NCBI GenBank assembly: GCA_965662235.1 | Contig: CBFIGY010000001.1 | Span: forward strand, 64,001-128,000 | DNA length: 64,000 nucleotides | Direction of reading: 5' to 3' | Source: an uncultured bacterium | GTDB lineage: Bacteria; SAR324; NAC60-12 | In this document: positions 50,179 to 60,875 of the stretch, piece after piece | Numbering within the stretch: the first letter of the stretch is position 1 | Layout of the letters: the number at the start of each line of letters is the position of its first letter | Notes under the pieces: generated by a model | Databases searched by the model: none | The model's input: the letters and a program-made list of their open reading frames with translations, nothing else | What the model was told of the DNA's origin: nothing | Position numbers and translations under genes: made by a program

Positions 50179-51192
50179 ATGGGCTCGGTACTATCACAAG
50201 GTGAGGTTGACGCACTGCTTCGTGGCGTCGCAGGAGATGACATTCCTGTTGAGGAGGACGACGACGATGATGAGTATGACCCGAATGAGGTGGTGCCCTT
50301 TGACCTAACGGCTCAAGACCGCATCATTCGGGGACGGATGCCCACCCTGGAGATCATCCACGACCGCTTCGTCCGCCTGTTCCGGCTGACGCTGTCAAAC
50401 GCGCTGCGGAAGGTGGTGGACATCAGTGTGCGCTCCACCGAGTTGATCAAGTTCGGCGAGTTCCTCAAGACCCTGCCGGTGCCTTCGTCCATGAACCTCT
50501 TCCGCATGACTCCCTTGCGGGGGAACGCGATCATGGTGTTGGAAACACGGCTGGTCTTCACCCTCATCGACCTCTTCTTTGGCGGAACCGGAGAACTCGA
50601 GGTCAAGGCGGAAGGACGGGACTTCACCGAAATCGAATCCCGCATGATCAAGCGGGTCGTCATCAGTGCGCTGGAAGACCTCCAGACCTCCTGGCGGCCG
50701 GTCTTCCCGGTGCAGATCAACTACACCCGCTCCGAGGTCAACCCACAGTTCGTGGCCATTGTCCCGCACAGCGAGATCGTCATTGTGGTCACCTTCGACG
50801 TTGAGATCGGACGGGCCCCGATGTCCATCACGCTCTGTGTTCCCTACTCAATGATTGAGCCCATCCGGACCCGCCTCAACGCGGGCTTCCAGAGTGAGCA
50901 AGACGAGAAGGACAACACCTGGAGCAACCGTTTCAAGCAGAACCTCAGCCACACCTCGGTGGAAGTCGTTGCGCAGCTGGGCACCACCCAGATCAGCATC
51001 AAGGACTTCTTGGAGCTTCAGGTGGGCAACATGCTGTACCTAGAACATGAGGTCCGGCACCCCATCGATGTCAACGTCAACGGCGTCCGGAAGTTCACCG
51101 GCTTCCAGGGGGCCTACAAGGGCAAGAAGGCGATCAACATCCAAGAGCTGATCTACGTGCCGCCCTCTGTGGACGAAATCCTCTCACAATAA
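50179..51192 (+). CDS. fliM: Flagellar motor switch protein FliM
   Basis: LSQGEVDALL CheY-binding peptide, R.PTLEII.DRF, FGG.G, RDFTEIE, E.NPQF. Confidence 0.95.
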   Translation: MGSVLSQGEVDALLRGVAGDDIPVEEDDDDDEYDPNEVVPFDLTAQDRIIRGRMPTLEIIHDRFVRLFRLTLSNALRKVVDISVRSTELIKFGEFLKTLPVPSSMNLFRMTPLRGNAIMVLETRLVFTLIDLFFGGTGELEVKAEGRDFTEIESRMIKRVVISALEDLQTSWRPVFPVQINYTRSEVNPQFVAIVPHSEIVIVVTFDVEIGRAPMSITLCVPYSMIEPIRTRLNAGFQSEQDEKDNTWSNRFKQNLSHTSVEVVAQLGTTQISIKDFLELQVGNMLYLEHEVRHPIDVNVNGVRKFTGFQGAYKGKKAINIQELIYVPPSVDEILSQ

Positions 51193-51234
51193 AGCCGTCA
51201 GGCGGGGGCCTCTGCCCCTCCCTGTCGCCTGCCT

Positions 51235-52587
51235 TTGCTGCAACCGAACCCATTGGAATCACTTCATCTTGAAATCACCGGACTGACGGACCAAGGCGAC
51301 GGCATTGGGCGCCTTCCGGAAGGCTGGGCGGTTTTTGTCCCCGACACCGCTCCTGGCGAGTTGGTGCATGTCGAGCTGCTGGAGCGGCACAAACGCTTTG
51401 CCCGTGCACGGCTCCTCTCCGTTGAACGTCCGTCTCCCCAACGCATCACCCCTGCCTGTGAGTCCGCGATCGACTGTGGAGGCTGTTCCTGGCAGCACCT
51501 CGGCTACGAAGCGCAGCTGGAGGCCAAGAAGCGTCAGGTGGAAAACGCACTGACCCGCATCGGCAAGTTCCATGGCGTCCGGGTTTCCCCTGTGCTGTCC
51601 ACCGAGCCCTGGGCGTACCGCAACAAGGTTGGCTTCCCGGTTGGGGAAAGCGACCACGGCCTGCAGCTGGGCTACTACCGCAAGGGAAGCCACGACCTCG
51701 TGCCCCTGCAGTCGTGCCCGGCTCAGGACCCTCGTCTGAACACCGCCATGGCACTTGTTCAGGAAGCCCTGCAGCCCCTGAATTGGAGTGCCTGGAACCC
51801 GGAAACCGGACAGGGCACGCTCCGGCATGTGATCCTGCGGGTGGGACGCCGGACCGGCGAGCTGCTCCTGACACTGGTCACCCGACATGAGGTCTTTGGC
51901 GCCATCCGCGAGCAGGCCCCGCAGTGGCTGGAAACCATCCCCGGCCTCAAGGGCGTCTGCCTGAACATCAACGCGCACACCGACCAACGCATCCTCGGCA
52001 ACCGGACAGAGGTTCTTGCTGGGCAGGGTTGGATTGAAGAAGAGTTTGGCGAGTTGCTCTTCCGGATGGGCCCAGAGACCTTCTTTCAGATCCACACGGA
52101 ACAGGCCGAAGCCATGCTCGGTGTCCTCACGGAGCACCTCAAGTTCCGTCCCCATGACTTCCTCCTCGACCTCTACTGCGGCATCGGAACCTTCACCCTT
52201 CCTCTCGCCAAGCAGGTCCGGACGGTGCTCGGGTTGGAGCTTGCCGCAGCCTCTGTGGAACAGGCCCGGGGCAATGCTGCCCGGAACAACGTCACCAACG
52301 TGGAATTCCGGACCGGCCCTGTGGAAAAGACCCTCCGCCGCGTGCAGGAACGTCCGGACGTGGTCTTCCTTGACCCGCCCCGTCAGGGCTGTGCCTCTGG
52401 CGTGATGACGCAGCTGCAGCGCTTGCGTCCCAAAAAAATCGCCTACCTGAGCTGCAACCCGGCCACCCAGGCCCGCGACCTTCAGCTTCTGGGGGAACGG
52501 TACCGCATCAAGCTGGTGCAGCCTGCGGACTTCTTTCCGCACACTCCTCATGTCGAGTGCCTCATCCTGTTGGAACGCACGCCCTGA
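51235..52587 (+). CDS. rlmD: 23S rRNA m5U methyltransferase (TrmA/RlmD family)
   Basis: TRAM domain, CGGC, YRNK, FFQ, DLYCGIG, DPPR, SCNP, FPHTPHVE. Confidence 0.92.
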   Translation: MLQPNPLESLHLEITGLTDQGDGIGRLPEGWAVFVPDTAPGELVHVELLERHKRFARARLLSVERPSPQRITPACESAIDCGGCSWQHLGYEAQLEAKKRQVENALTRIGKFHGVRVSPVLSTEPWAYRNKVGFPVGESDHGLQLGYYRKGSHDLVPLQSCPAQDPRLNTAMALVQEALQPLNWSAWNPETGQGTLRHVILRVGRRTGELLLTLVTRHEVFGAIREQAPQWLETIPGLKGVCLNINAHTDQRILGNRTEVLAGQGWIEEEFGELLFRMGPETFFQIHTEQAEAMLGVLTEHLKFRPHDFLLDLYCGIGTFTLPLAKQVRTVLGLELAAASVEQARGNAARNNVTNVEFRTGPVEKTLRRVQERPDVVFLDPPRQGCASGVMTQLQRLRPKKIAYLSCNPATQARDLQLLGERYRIKLVQPADFFPHTPHVECLILLERTP

Positions 52588-52733
52588 CCTCCGTCCTCCG
52601 GACGTCTTCCCGCTTGTAGCTTTTTCGGAACCGCGAGATGCTGAGCCTTTCGCCGTCCCGTGTGGCAAGTCCGCCCTGAACAGCGGACGGTGCCCCCCTG
52701 TTGGCCACCTGATGAACCAAATGAAGGAGTAGC

Positions 52734-54128
52734 ATGAGTGAGGAATTTCGCGTTGAAAAAGATTCAATGGGAGAGGTTCGTGTCCCCGCCTGGGCCCTCT
52801 ATGGCGCCCAGACGCAACGGGCTGTGGACAACTTCCCCATCAGTGGGATCCGGATTCCTCGCCCCCTGATCCGTGCCCTGGGCATCGTCAAGCAGGCGGC
52901 AGCGAAGGTAAACGGAGAGCTGAAGAACATTCCCGCCGACGTTGCTGAGGCCATTCAGGCGTCAGCTCAGGAAGTCATTGACGGCCAGCTGGACGACCAC
53001 TTCCCGATCGACATCTACCAGACGGGCTCCGGGACCTCCAGCAACATGAACGCCAATGAGGTCATTGCACACCGGGCCATGCAGCTCCGGGAGAACCTCT
53101 CGGCCAAGGTGCACCCGAACGACCACATCAACTTTGGTCAAAGCTCCAACGACACCATTCCCACCGCCATCCGAGTTGCCGCTTACGAAGAAGCCCGGAA
53201 CACGCTGCTTCCGGCGATGCAGCACCTGCACGATACCTTTTTGGCCAAGGGCCAGGAATACGCTCAGGTTGTCAAAACGGGACGGACCCACCTGATGGAC
53301 GCCATGCCGGTGACCTTTGAGCAGGAATTCAGCGGATACGCCCGCCAGATTGAGCTTGGCATGAAGCGGGTGGAAGCCGCGCTGGAGCGGGTTGCAGAAC
53401 TTCCCATGGGCGGCACTGCTGTGGGAACCGGCATCAACACGACACCTGAGTTTCCGCCCCAGTTTGCCGCTGAGGTGGCCCGCATCACCGGGTGCCCCTT
53501 CCGGGAGGCGGAGAATCACTTTGAGGCACAGTCCACCGTCGATGCCCCTGTGGAGCTAGGCGCCCAGCTGAAGACCGTTGCGGTCAGCCTCATGAAGATC
53601 GCGAACGACCTGCGCTGGATGAACTCTGGTCCCAACAGCGGCCTCGGAGAGATCCAGCTCGCCGCCCTCCAACCCGGGTCCTCCATCATGCCGGGGAAGG
53701 TCAATCCCGTCATTGAAGAGTCCACCACCATGGTCTGTGCCCAGGTGGTCGGCTTCGATGCGGCCATCAGCGTTGGTGGCATGATGGGGAACTTTGAGCT
53801 GAACGTCATGCTGCCCATGGTGGCACACAGCCTGCTCGAATCCATCCGCCTGCTGGCAAACACCTGCCAGAACTTTGCCGACCGCTCCGTCTCCCAACTG
53901 ACGGTCCGGGAGGAGCACATCCGCTCCCTGATCGACAAAAATCCCATCTTGGTCACCGCCCTCAACCCTCTCATTGGCTACGACCTGGCTGCCAAGATTG
54001 CCAAAAAGGCCTTCGCGGAAAACCGGTCCCTCAAGGAAGTCGCCAAGGAGATGTGTGACCTTTCCATGGAGGAGTTGGAAAGCGCTCTGGATCCTGTCAA
54101 AATGACACGAGGTGGATTCACCGAGTGA
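52734..54128 (+). CDS. fumC: Class II fumarate hydratase
   Basis: QTGSGTSSNMN, GRTHLMDA, GSSIMPGKVNP. Confidence 0.95.
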   Translation: MSEEFRVEKDSMGEVRVPAWALYGAQTQRAVDNFPISGIRIPRPLIRALGIVKQAAAKVNGELKNIPADVAEAIQASAQEVIDGQLDDHFPIDIYQTGSGTSSNMNANEVIAHRAMQLRENLSAKVHPNDHINFGQSSNDTIPTAIRVAAYEEARNTLLPAMQHLHDTFLAKGQEYAQVVKTGRTHLMDAMPVTFEQEFSGYARQIELGMKRVEAALERVAELPMGGTAVGTGINTTPEFPPQFAAEVARITGCPFREAENHFEAQSTVDAPVELGAQLKTVAVSLMKIANDLRWMNSGPNSGLGEIQLAALQPGSSIMPGKVNPVIEESTTMVCAQVVGFDAAISVGGMMGNFELNVMLPMVAHSLLESIRLLANTCQNFADRSVSQLTVREEHIRSLIDKNPILVTALNPLIGYDLAAKIAKKAFAENRSLKEVAKEMCDLSMEELESALDPVKMTRGGFTE

Positions 54129-54317
54129 GTTTCGGGACCTCTTCCTGACCGCACTTGGGGAGTCCGGGACACCCGGGCTCCCATCCCCGCTCAAGTTGCC
54201 TCACAGACTCCCTGGTTCTTCCACCCGCACAGCGCTTCGGTTCCACCGATAGCCGACTCGGCCGCAACGCAGGTGCTCGGCCTGCCCGGCTCCCAACGCC
54301 TTTTTCTGCACAGAGTT

Positions 54318-55451
54318 ATGTCACAACCTCGGGTTCTCATTATTGATGATGAGCCGACCATTCGCCAAAGCATCCGCCAGGCCCTCCGGAGGGAGTCGCT
54401 TGAATTCTTTGAGGCGGAAAACGGCGAAGAGGGGCTCCAGCTTCTTGAAGCCAAACAGCCTTCGCTGGTGTTCCTCGACCTGAGGATGCCCGTCATGAAC
54501 GGCACCGAGGTCCTGCAGCGCATGAAGCTCCAGGCGTCTTCTCCATACGCCGTGATCGTGGTGACCGGACACGGTGACGATGAGGACCAGCGCGAGTGCT
54601 TCAAGCTCGGGGTGACCGCGTTCTTGCGCAAGCCCTTCCACCCCATTGAACTGCGGGGGCTGGTGAACCAGAGCCTCCAGCTCAAGGCCTACCAGCGTCA
54701 GGTGGAGGAGCTGCTGCAGGCCCGGACCCAGGAGCTTCATGAGGCCAAGCAGCAGCTTCTGCACGCTGCCAAGCTGTCGCTGCTCGGAGAGCTTTCGGCC
54801 AGCCTCGCCCACGAGCTCAATCAACCTCTGATGGTCATGGAGCTGTCCATCGACAGCGCCTTGGAAAGCCTCGCGCAGCGCAACCATCAGGAGCTCGGGG
54901 AGTCCCTGGAACGCCTGCAGCGCAACGTTCATCGGGGCATGGAGGTCGTCAAGCGCATCCGCGGATTTGGGCGCGACACGGGTCAGGACGAGTGGGCCCC
55001 GTTTGCCCCCAACGAACGCGTCCAGCGCGCACTGGAGCTGGTGGCCCCCACGCTGAAGGCCCGGAACCTTTCCCCCGAGCTCGACCTCGCGCCTGAGCTC
55101 CCCCCTCTCTGGGGAGACAGCGTGCAGGTGGAACAGATCCTTACCAACCTGATCCTCAATGCCAGCGATGTGCTGGAGTCCGTCCCGGAACCTCACCTGC
55201 AGATCCGGACCGAGCTGCAGGAAGACGCCGTGGTGTTTCAGGTGTCTGACAATGGCGGTGGCGTGCCTCCCGAACACGTCCCCCACCTGTTCAAGGCCTT
55301 CTACACCACCAAGTCTGCCGAAAAGGGCAGTGGACTGGGACTTGCCATCAGCGCCCGCATTGCCGACAACCACAGCGGTTCCCTGACGCTGCGCAACCAG
55401 CCCGGAACCGGGGCCACGTTCGTTCTCTCCCTTCCTGTGACCGACGCATGA
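54318..55451 (+). CDS. Hybrid receiver-histidine kinase (REC-HisKA-HATPase)
   Basis: IIDDE, LDLRMP, KP; AHELNQPL, NLILNA, DNGGG, GSGLGL. Confidence 0.92.
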   Translation: MSQPRVLIIDDEPTIRQSIRQALRRESLEFFEAENGEEGLQLLEAKQPSLVFLDLRMPVMNGTEVLQRMKLQASSPYAVIVVTGHGDDEDQRECFKLGVTAFLRKPFHPIELRGLVNQSLQLKAYQRQVEELLQARTQELHEAKQQLLHAAKLSLLGELSASLAHELNQPLMVMELSIDSALESLAQRNHQELGESLERLQRNVHRGMEVVKRIRGFGRDTGQDEWAPFAPNERVQRALELVAPTLKARNLSPELDLAPELPPLWGDSVQVEQILTNLILNASDVLESVPEPHLQIRTELQEDAVVFQVSDNGGGVPPEHVPHLFKAFYTTKSAEKGSGLGLAISARIADNHSGSLTLRNQPGTGATFVLSLPVTDA

Positions 55452-57910
55452 CCTTCTCTGCTTCTGATCCGTCCCTGTTCTCCAGCTACTACGCGTATGT
55501 GCTGGTTGTGGAAGACGACCCGGACCTGCGAGAATCCTTGGGGCTCCTCCTCAAGCAAAACGACCTCGGCCCGCTCCTCTGCGAGAGCGCTGAGCAGGCC
55601 CTGGAGCAGCTTCAGCAGTTTCAGCCCGACTTGGTTCTGACCGACCTCAACCTTCCAGGCATGAGCGGTTTTGAGCTGATCCGCCACCTGCATGCTCAGG
55701 AAAAAACCTCCACGCTCCCCATCATCGTCCTCTCTGGCGTCAACCGGGAACAGGCGTGGCGCAAGTCCATGAACCTCGGTGTGGAGGACTTCCTTCCCAA
55801 ACCCTCCAGCGCCAGTGACCTGATCCGGGCAGTGAAGACCCGCCTGACCCGGAGCAAGAGCCTCGTCGGTCGCGAGCAGCGGGAGAAGCTCCGGACCGAG
55901 CACAAACTCCGGGACCTGACCGGCGTGATTCAGCAGCTGGAACAGGTGGAACAGCGCAAGGACGCGGTGCTGCTTGTGCTGCAGACCATCCTCCGGGAGT
56001 TCCATCTGACCCATGGCGCGGTCTACTGGAAGGGCGAGATTGACTGGTTTGAGGGTGAGGATCAGATGGAGTTTTACGCTGAGGCGTCGCACCAGTCTGA
56101 TGCCCCGGTGCAGTGGCCCCCGCACCTTGCTTCTGCGCATCCCTCCGTTGAGCAGATCATTGCCCGCAAGCACCCGCTTCTGCTCAACCAGGTCGAGCCG
56201 CCCCCGCTCATTCCCGGCACCCAGCCCGACCGGCTCGTGCTTGCGCCTCTGCTAGACCAAGGCGAGGTCACCGGAGTGCTGCTCGCCATGGGCGGTCCGG
56301 CGAAGGTGGCCTTCAACGACCGCGACGCTCTCTTCCTTGAGACCCTGGCCCGCATGGCCATGATGGCGTCGAAAAACAGTCACATGCTGCAGGTCATCCA
56401 GATTCAGGTGCAGACGCTGGAAGACCGGGTGCTCGAAAAGACTCAGGCCATCCGGAACCTCCTCAACTACACCGGACAGGGCATCCTTGCCTTTGGCGAC
56501 GACTACCGGATCCACAACGATTACTCAGCCCCCTGCCTGGAATTTTTCGGGGAACCGATTGCCGGCAAAAATGCCCTTGAGCTGCTCTTTCCCGGCGACT
56601 CTCCGGACGCCCAGAAGAGCCGAGCAGCCACCCAGGAACTCATGGACCTCCTCCTGAGCGGAACCGGCACCCTCGACCTCTTTGAAGACTTCCTGCCTCA
56701 GGAGATTGAGCTGAAGGCCCGGATTCTTTCAGTCGGGTACCGGCTCATTCCGTCGGTCGGCCACGAAGGTCCCCGGCTGATGGTGCTTCTGGACGACGTC
56801 ACACGCGAGCGGCAGCTGACCCGGGAGGTGGAGGACGAAAAGGAACGGCATGAGCTGATCCTCCGGGTTGCGCTCGATCGAGAAGGGTTCCTCCAGTTCC
56901 TCCGGGATGCAGAACGACTCTTTCAGCAGCTGGAGGAAGACCTCCAGGTTCCGCTGGAGCAGCTGGACCTCAACGCCGTCATGCGGCACTTCCACACCCT
57001 CAAGGGCGGAGGCGCCAGCTACGGACTGAAGCTGCTGGCGGAACACGCTCACAGCCTTGAGGAATCTCTGGAACCGGTACGGCGTCAAACGGAGGAGCTC
57101 TCGGTAGAGCGAGTTCAGGAACTCATCGGGGCCCTGCCCATCCTCCGAGACAAGCTGAATGAGCAGCTGAAGGTTCTGAAGGGGACTGCGTTGGAGCGGG
57201 ACTTGACCCGGAATGAGCGGAGCTTCCAGCTTTCTGAGTCGCGCCTGCATCAGCTCAAGCACGACTTCAGAACCCTTCTCCAGGAGCACAACAGCTCAAC
57301 CGAACTGCAAAACACCGTGGAGGCGACCCTCACTCAGCTGGAACGGCAGCCCCTGGGCCCGGTGCTCTACAAGTACGCCACCCAGGCCCGTGGACTGGCT
57401 GAACGTCTGGGCAAGCAGGTGCAGGTGCACGTCTCCGGAGAGGCCGTTGAGGTCCGGCACACGCCGCTTGAATCCCTCTTCAGCGCACTTGTGCACCTCG
57501 TTCGCAACGCCGTTGACCATGGCCTTGAATCACCTGAGGATCGTGTGGCGCAGGGCAAACCTCCCGAGGGCCACCTTTGGATTGAGGCAACCCTCACAGG
57601 GACGTGTCTGGAGTTGCGAATTCGGGAAGATGGGCGCGGGGTGGATGTCTCGCAGGTCAAGAACCGAGCCCTAGAAAAGGGGCTGGCTTCTGAGGAAGAG
57701 GTGGAGCAGTGGAGCGATGCTCAGGCGCTGGACTGTCTCTTTCAGCCGGGATTCACGACCAAAGCAGCAGTCACGGCGACCTCCGGACGCGGGGTTGGCC
57801 TAGATGCCGTCCGGGACGAGGTCCTCCGGCTTCAGGGGAAGATCGACCTTCAGTCCACCTTCGGAGCCGGCACCGAGTTTCGGCTCCAGCTCCCCAACGA
57901 GCAGATTTAG
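55448..57910 (+). CDS. CheA-like kinase with REC, GAF-like, PAS-like, Hpt and HATPase regions, no CheW domain
   Basis: VVEDD/TDLNLP; FHTLKG (Hpt); HLVRNAVDHG, DGRG, SGRGVGLD; ends right after the ATPase. Confidence 0.85.
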   Translation: MTFSASDPSLFSSYYAYVLVVEDDPDLRESLGLLLKQNDLGPLLCESAEQALEQLQQFQPDLVLTDLNLPGMSGFELIRHLHAQEKTSTLPIIVLSGVNREQAWRKSMNLGVEDFLPKPSSASDLIRAVKTRLTRSKSLVGREQREKLRTEHKLRDLTGVIQQLEQVEQRKDAVLLVLQTILREFHLTHGAVYWKGEIDWFEGEDQMEFYAEASHQSDAPVQWPPHLASAHPSVEQIIARKHPLLLNQVEPPPLIPGTQPDRLVLAPLLDQGEVTGVLLAMGGPAKVAFNDRDALFLETLARMAMMASKNSHMLQVIQIQVQTLEDRVLEKTQAIRNLLNYTGQGILAFGDDYRIHNDYSAPCLEFFGEPIAGKNALELLFPGDSPDAQKSRAATQELMDLLLSGTGTLDLFEDFLPQEIELKARILSVGYRLIPSVGHEGPRLMVLLDDVTRERQLTREVEDEKERHELILRVALDREGFLQFLRDAERLFQQLEEDLQVPLEQLDLNAVMRHFHTLKGGGASYGLKLLAEHAHSLEESLEPVRRQTEELSVERVQELIGALPILRDKLNEQLKVLKGTALERDLTRNERSFQLSESRLHQLKHDFRTLLQEHNSSTELQNTVEATLTQLERQPLGPVLYKYATQARGLAERLGKQVQVHVSGEAVEVRHTPLESLFSALVHLVRNAVDHGLESPEDRVAQGKPPEGHLWIEATLTGTCLELRIREDGRGVDVSQVKNRALEKGLASEEEVEQWSDAQALDCLFQPGFTTKAAVTATSGRGVGLDAVRDEVLRLQGKIDLQSTFGAGTEFRLQLPNEQI

Positions 57911-59223
57911 AGGCCTTCCAGCTGCAGCCGTGACCACAGCGGCTCCAGCCAATCGGCCAGCGATTGCTCGGCCAGCGGCTCCAGTTCCACTCCCAGCAGC
58001 ACGTCCAGCGGATAGATGTCCTTGCCCTGAGCGTCCCGGGTGCGTCCCCAGTTGAAGCCCTGCAACCGAGCCGTCTCTAGGCCCGGAAACGAGGTCACGC
58101 CAAGCGCCTGCCAACTCTGCTGGAACTGGTGGAGGTACTCCAGCTGCTCAAAGCTTCCCAGACACGTCAGCCCATTCTCAAACGCCAGCAGGCTGAAGCA
58201 GATCAGTAGCCCCGGACACAGCTCATCGCGCTCCACGGCCTCGGCCAGCAGGTGCGGGAGCAGGTGAATGGAGGTCCCGCGGCCATTCAGGTACCCCCCT
58301 TGGAAGCTCAGGGGGTCGAGCCGACGCTTGTTCTTCTTGAGAATCTCCCCAAAAAACAAAGACTGATCTGGGTCAAACACCCGAAACGCCTCCTCCTGAA
58401 ACGCCGGATGCAGCAGCAGCTGGTGCAGCGGATGCGCCTCGTTGAGCAGCACCTGCTCCCGGAACACGTCCAGCAGCACCCGGTTCAGGTCAAAAAACAC
58501 TACGTCTGAGACCCCCAAGGCCGACTCCAGCTGCGCCCGGGCAAACTGACTCATCCAGGTGGTCAGGGAGCGTCCGGAAGGCGCCGGAGGAAGCAACGGC
58601 TGCAGCGGCTGCGTCAGGTGCGGAAGCAGGTAGACCATGCGGTCTGGAATGCTGGACCCGAAGACCCGTGCGTCTCGCCACCCTCCGGGAATCAGGGCAA
58701 ATCGCTTCTCTTCCGAGTCGCGGGCCCGGTCCCGTTCTGCCTGCTTGAGGTCCCGGAACGCCGGAGCCTTGGAGGTAATGACCTCTTCAAGCAAGAAGCG
58801 GTCGCTCCAGTTCATGCAGCCGGACCAGGCGCCATTCGCAAAGGGCACTCCCGACCACGCGCCAACCCAGTAGGTTTCTCCCTCCGGACGTCCCGCCAGC
58901 GCCAACCGGTGCATGGCCAGAAAGCTGGGGCCTTCTGAAACCGTCAGGTGCGTTGCCGTTTGCAGCAGACGGGTTCGTTCCAGAGAAGCAAGGTGCCGGT
59001 CGGCCTCTGCGGCTTCCAGACCCAGCCGCTCCAGTTCCTTCCGGAGGGCCCGCTGCAGTCCCTCTGTGAGAGGCGGGCTCCCGGGAGGTGGATTCCAGAG
59101 GGACGCAGCATAGGAGTGCAGTGATTCCTCCGCGTGCTCCTTCACCCACTGGGCCAGCCGGGGGCGGTTTTGTTGCAGGAGGGCATGGGAGACTTGAGTC
59201 AGGCGTTTCTTTTTTGCAGGCAA
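57907..59223 (-). CDS. Hypothetical protein
   Basis: 438-aa ORF filling the gap, protein-like composition; start uncertain. Confidence 0.65.
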   Translation of the reverse strand: MPAKKKRLTQVSHALLQQNRPRLAQWVKEHAEESLHSYAASLWNPPPGSPPLTEGLQRALRKELERLGLEAAEADRHLASLERTRLLQTATHLTVSEGPSFLAMHRLALAGRPEGETYWVGAWSGVPFANGAWSGCMNWSDRFLLEEVITSKAPAFRDLKQAERDRARDSEEKRFALIPGGWRDARVFGSSIPDRMVYLLPHLTQPLQPLLPPAPSGRSLTTWMSQFARAQLESALGVSDVVFFDLNRVLLDVFREQVLLNEAHPLHQLLLHPAFQEEAFRVFDPDQSLFFGEILKKNKRRLDPLSFQGGYLNGRGTSIHLLPHLLAEAVERDELCPGLLICFSLLAFENGLTCLGSFEQLEYLHQFQQSWQALGVTSFPGLETARLQGFNWGRTRDAQGKDIYPLDVLLGVELEPLAEQSLADWLEPLWSRLQLEGL

Positions 59224-59258
59224 GCGACGTTTTCAGGAAAAAGAGAGATCCACAAATT

Positions 59259-60875
59259 TCAAAGGCCCTTGGCCTGGACCCGAAGCTCGTTCTTCCGGAC
59301 CTTCCCAGTGGAGGTCTTCGGCAGTTCACTGAACACCACGGTCCGCGGAACCTTGTATCCCGCCAGCTTGGAGCGGCAGAAGGTAATGACCTCTTCGGCT
59401 GTGAGCTGCTTGCCCTCCCGGAGGGTCACAAACGCACAGGGGTGCTCGCCCCACTTTTCATCCGGACGGGCCACGACAGCGGCTTCTAGGATGTCCGGGT
59501 GCTGATACAGAGCATTCTCCACCTCAACGGAGCTGATGTTCTCCCCGCCGGAAATGATGATGTCCTTGGAACGGTCCTTGAGTTCAATGTAGCCGTCGGG
59601 GTGCAGCACTCCTAGGTCTCCGGAATGGAACCAGCCGCCGCGGAAGGCCTCGGCCGTGGCGTCCGGATTCTTCAGGTACCCCTTCATGACCACATTCCCT
59701 TGGAAGAGCACCTCGCCCATCGTCTCACCGTCGGCGGGAACCGGTTCCAGGGTCTCCGGATCAGCGACCGTCAGTCCTTCCAAAACGTGATAGCGAACCC
59801 CCTGACGTCCCTTCTTGAGGGCCTGCTGTTCCGGATCAAGGGTGTTCCAGGACTCCTGCCAGTCACACACCACCGATGGGCCATAGACCTCGGTCAGTCC
59901 ATAGACGTGGGTCACCTCAAAGCCAATGGACTGCATACGAGCAATCACTGCAGGTGGCGGCGGTGCGGCAGCGGTCATGATCTTCACCGGCCCCGGAAGC
60001 TCACGGACCTCCGACTCGGCGGCATTGCCGATCATGCCCATCACAATGGGTGCTCCGCAGAGATGCGTCACGTGGTGGTCGGCAATCGCTTGATAGATGT
60101 TGGCCGCGGTCACCTTGCGCAGGCAGACGTTGGTTCCAGCCAAAGCCGCCATGGTCCACGGAAAGCACCACCCGTTGCAGTGGAACATCGGCAGCGTCCA
60201 CAGGTAAACAGGATGATGCGGCAGCTCCCACGAAAGGACGTTCCCCATGGCAAGCAGGTACGCACCACGACCGTGATACACCACTCCCTTGGGACGTCCG
60301 GTGGTGCCCGAGGTATAGTTGAGGGCCACCGCTTGCCAGTCGTCTTCCGGCCAGATGGGGGTGAACTCCGGATCGCCCTGCGCCAGCAACTCTTCATAGT
60401 TGAGGCTTCCCAGCAGCTCTCCCGACTCCGCCTGCGGGTCATCGATGTCAATCACCAGCACCTCCTGCGAGGTCAACGCCAATGCCTCCTTGATGACCGG
60501 AGAAAATTCCTTGTCGGTGATGAGGATCTTGCTCTCGCCGTGCTCAAAGATGTACGCCAGGGTATCCGCATCAAGGCGGATGTTGAGGGCATTGAGCACG
60601 CCGCCCGCCATCTGCACTCCGAAGTGTGCCTCATACAGCTCCGGAATGTTCGGCGCCATCACGGAAACCGTGTCCCCGTGGCCAATGCCATGCTTCTGCA
60701 GCGCTGATGCGAGGCGGCGGCAACGGACGTAGGTTTCTGCCCACGTTCGCTGGACGGATCCGTGGATCAGCGCAATCCGCTCAGGGTGCACCGCGGCAGC
60801 ACGCTGGAGGAAGCTGATGGGCGAAAGGGGGGCGTAGTTGGCGGCGGTTTGAGGAAGCTGGTCGTAGGCATTCAT
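59259..60875 (-). CDS. Short/medium-chain acyl-CoA synthetase
   Basis: YTSGTTGRPKG, PMFHCNGW, YGLTE, HSGDLG, LPKTSTGK. Confidence 0.92.
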   Translation of the reverse strand: MNAYDQLPQTAANYAPLSPISFLQRAAAVHPERIALIHGSVQRTWAETYVRCRRLASALQKHGIGHGDTVSVMAPNIPELYEAHFGVQMAGGVLNALNIRLDADTLAYIFEHGESKILITDKEFSPVIKEALALTSQEVLVIDIDDPQAESGELLGSLNYEELLAQGDPEFTPIWPEDDWQAVALNYTSGTTGRPKGVVYHGRGAYLLAMGNVLSWELPHHPVYLWTLPMFHCNGWCFPWTMAALAGTNVCLRKVTAANIYQAIADHHVTHLCGAPIVMGMIGNAAESEVRELPGPVKIMTAAAPPPPAVIARMQSIGFEVTHVYGLTEVYGPSVVCDWQESWNTLDPEQQALKKGRQGVRYHVLEGLTVADPETLEPVPADGETMGEVLFQGNVVMKGYLKNPDATAEAFRGGWFHSGDLGVLHPDGYIELKDRSKDIIISGGENISSVEVENALYQHPDILEAAVVARPDEKWGEHPCAFVTLREGKQLTAEEVITFCRSKLAGYKVPRTVVFSELPKTSTGKVRKNELRVQAKGL

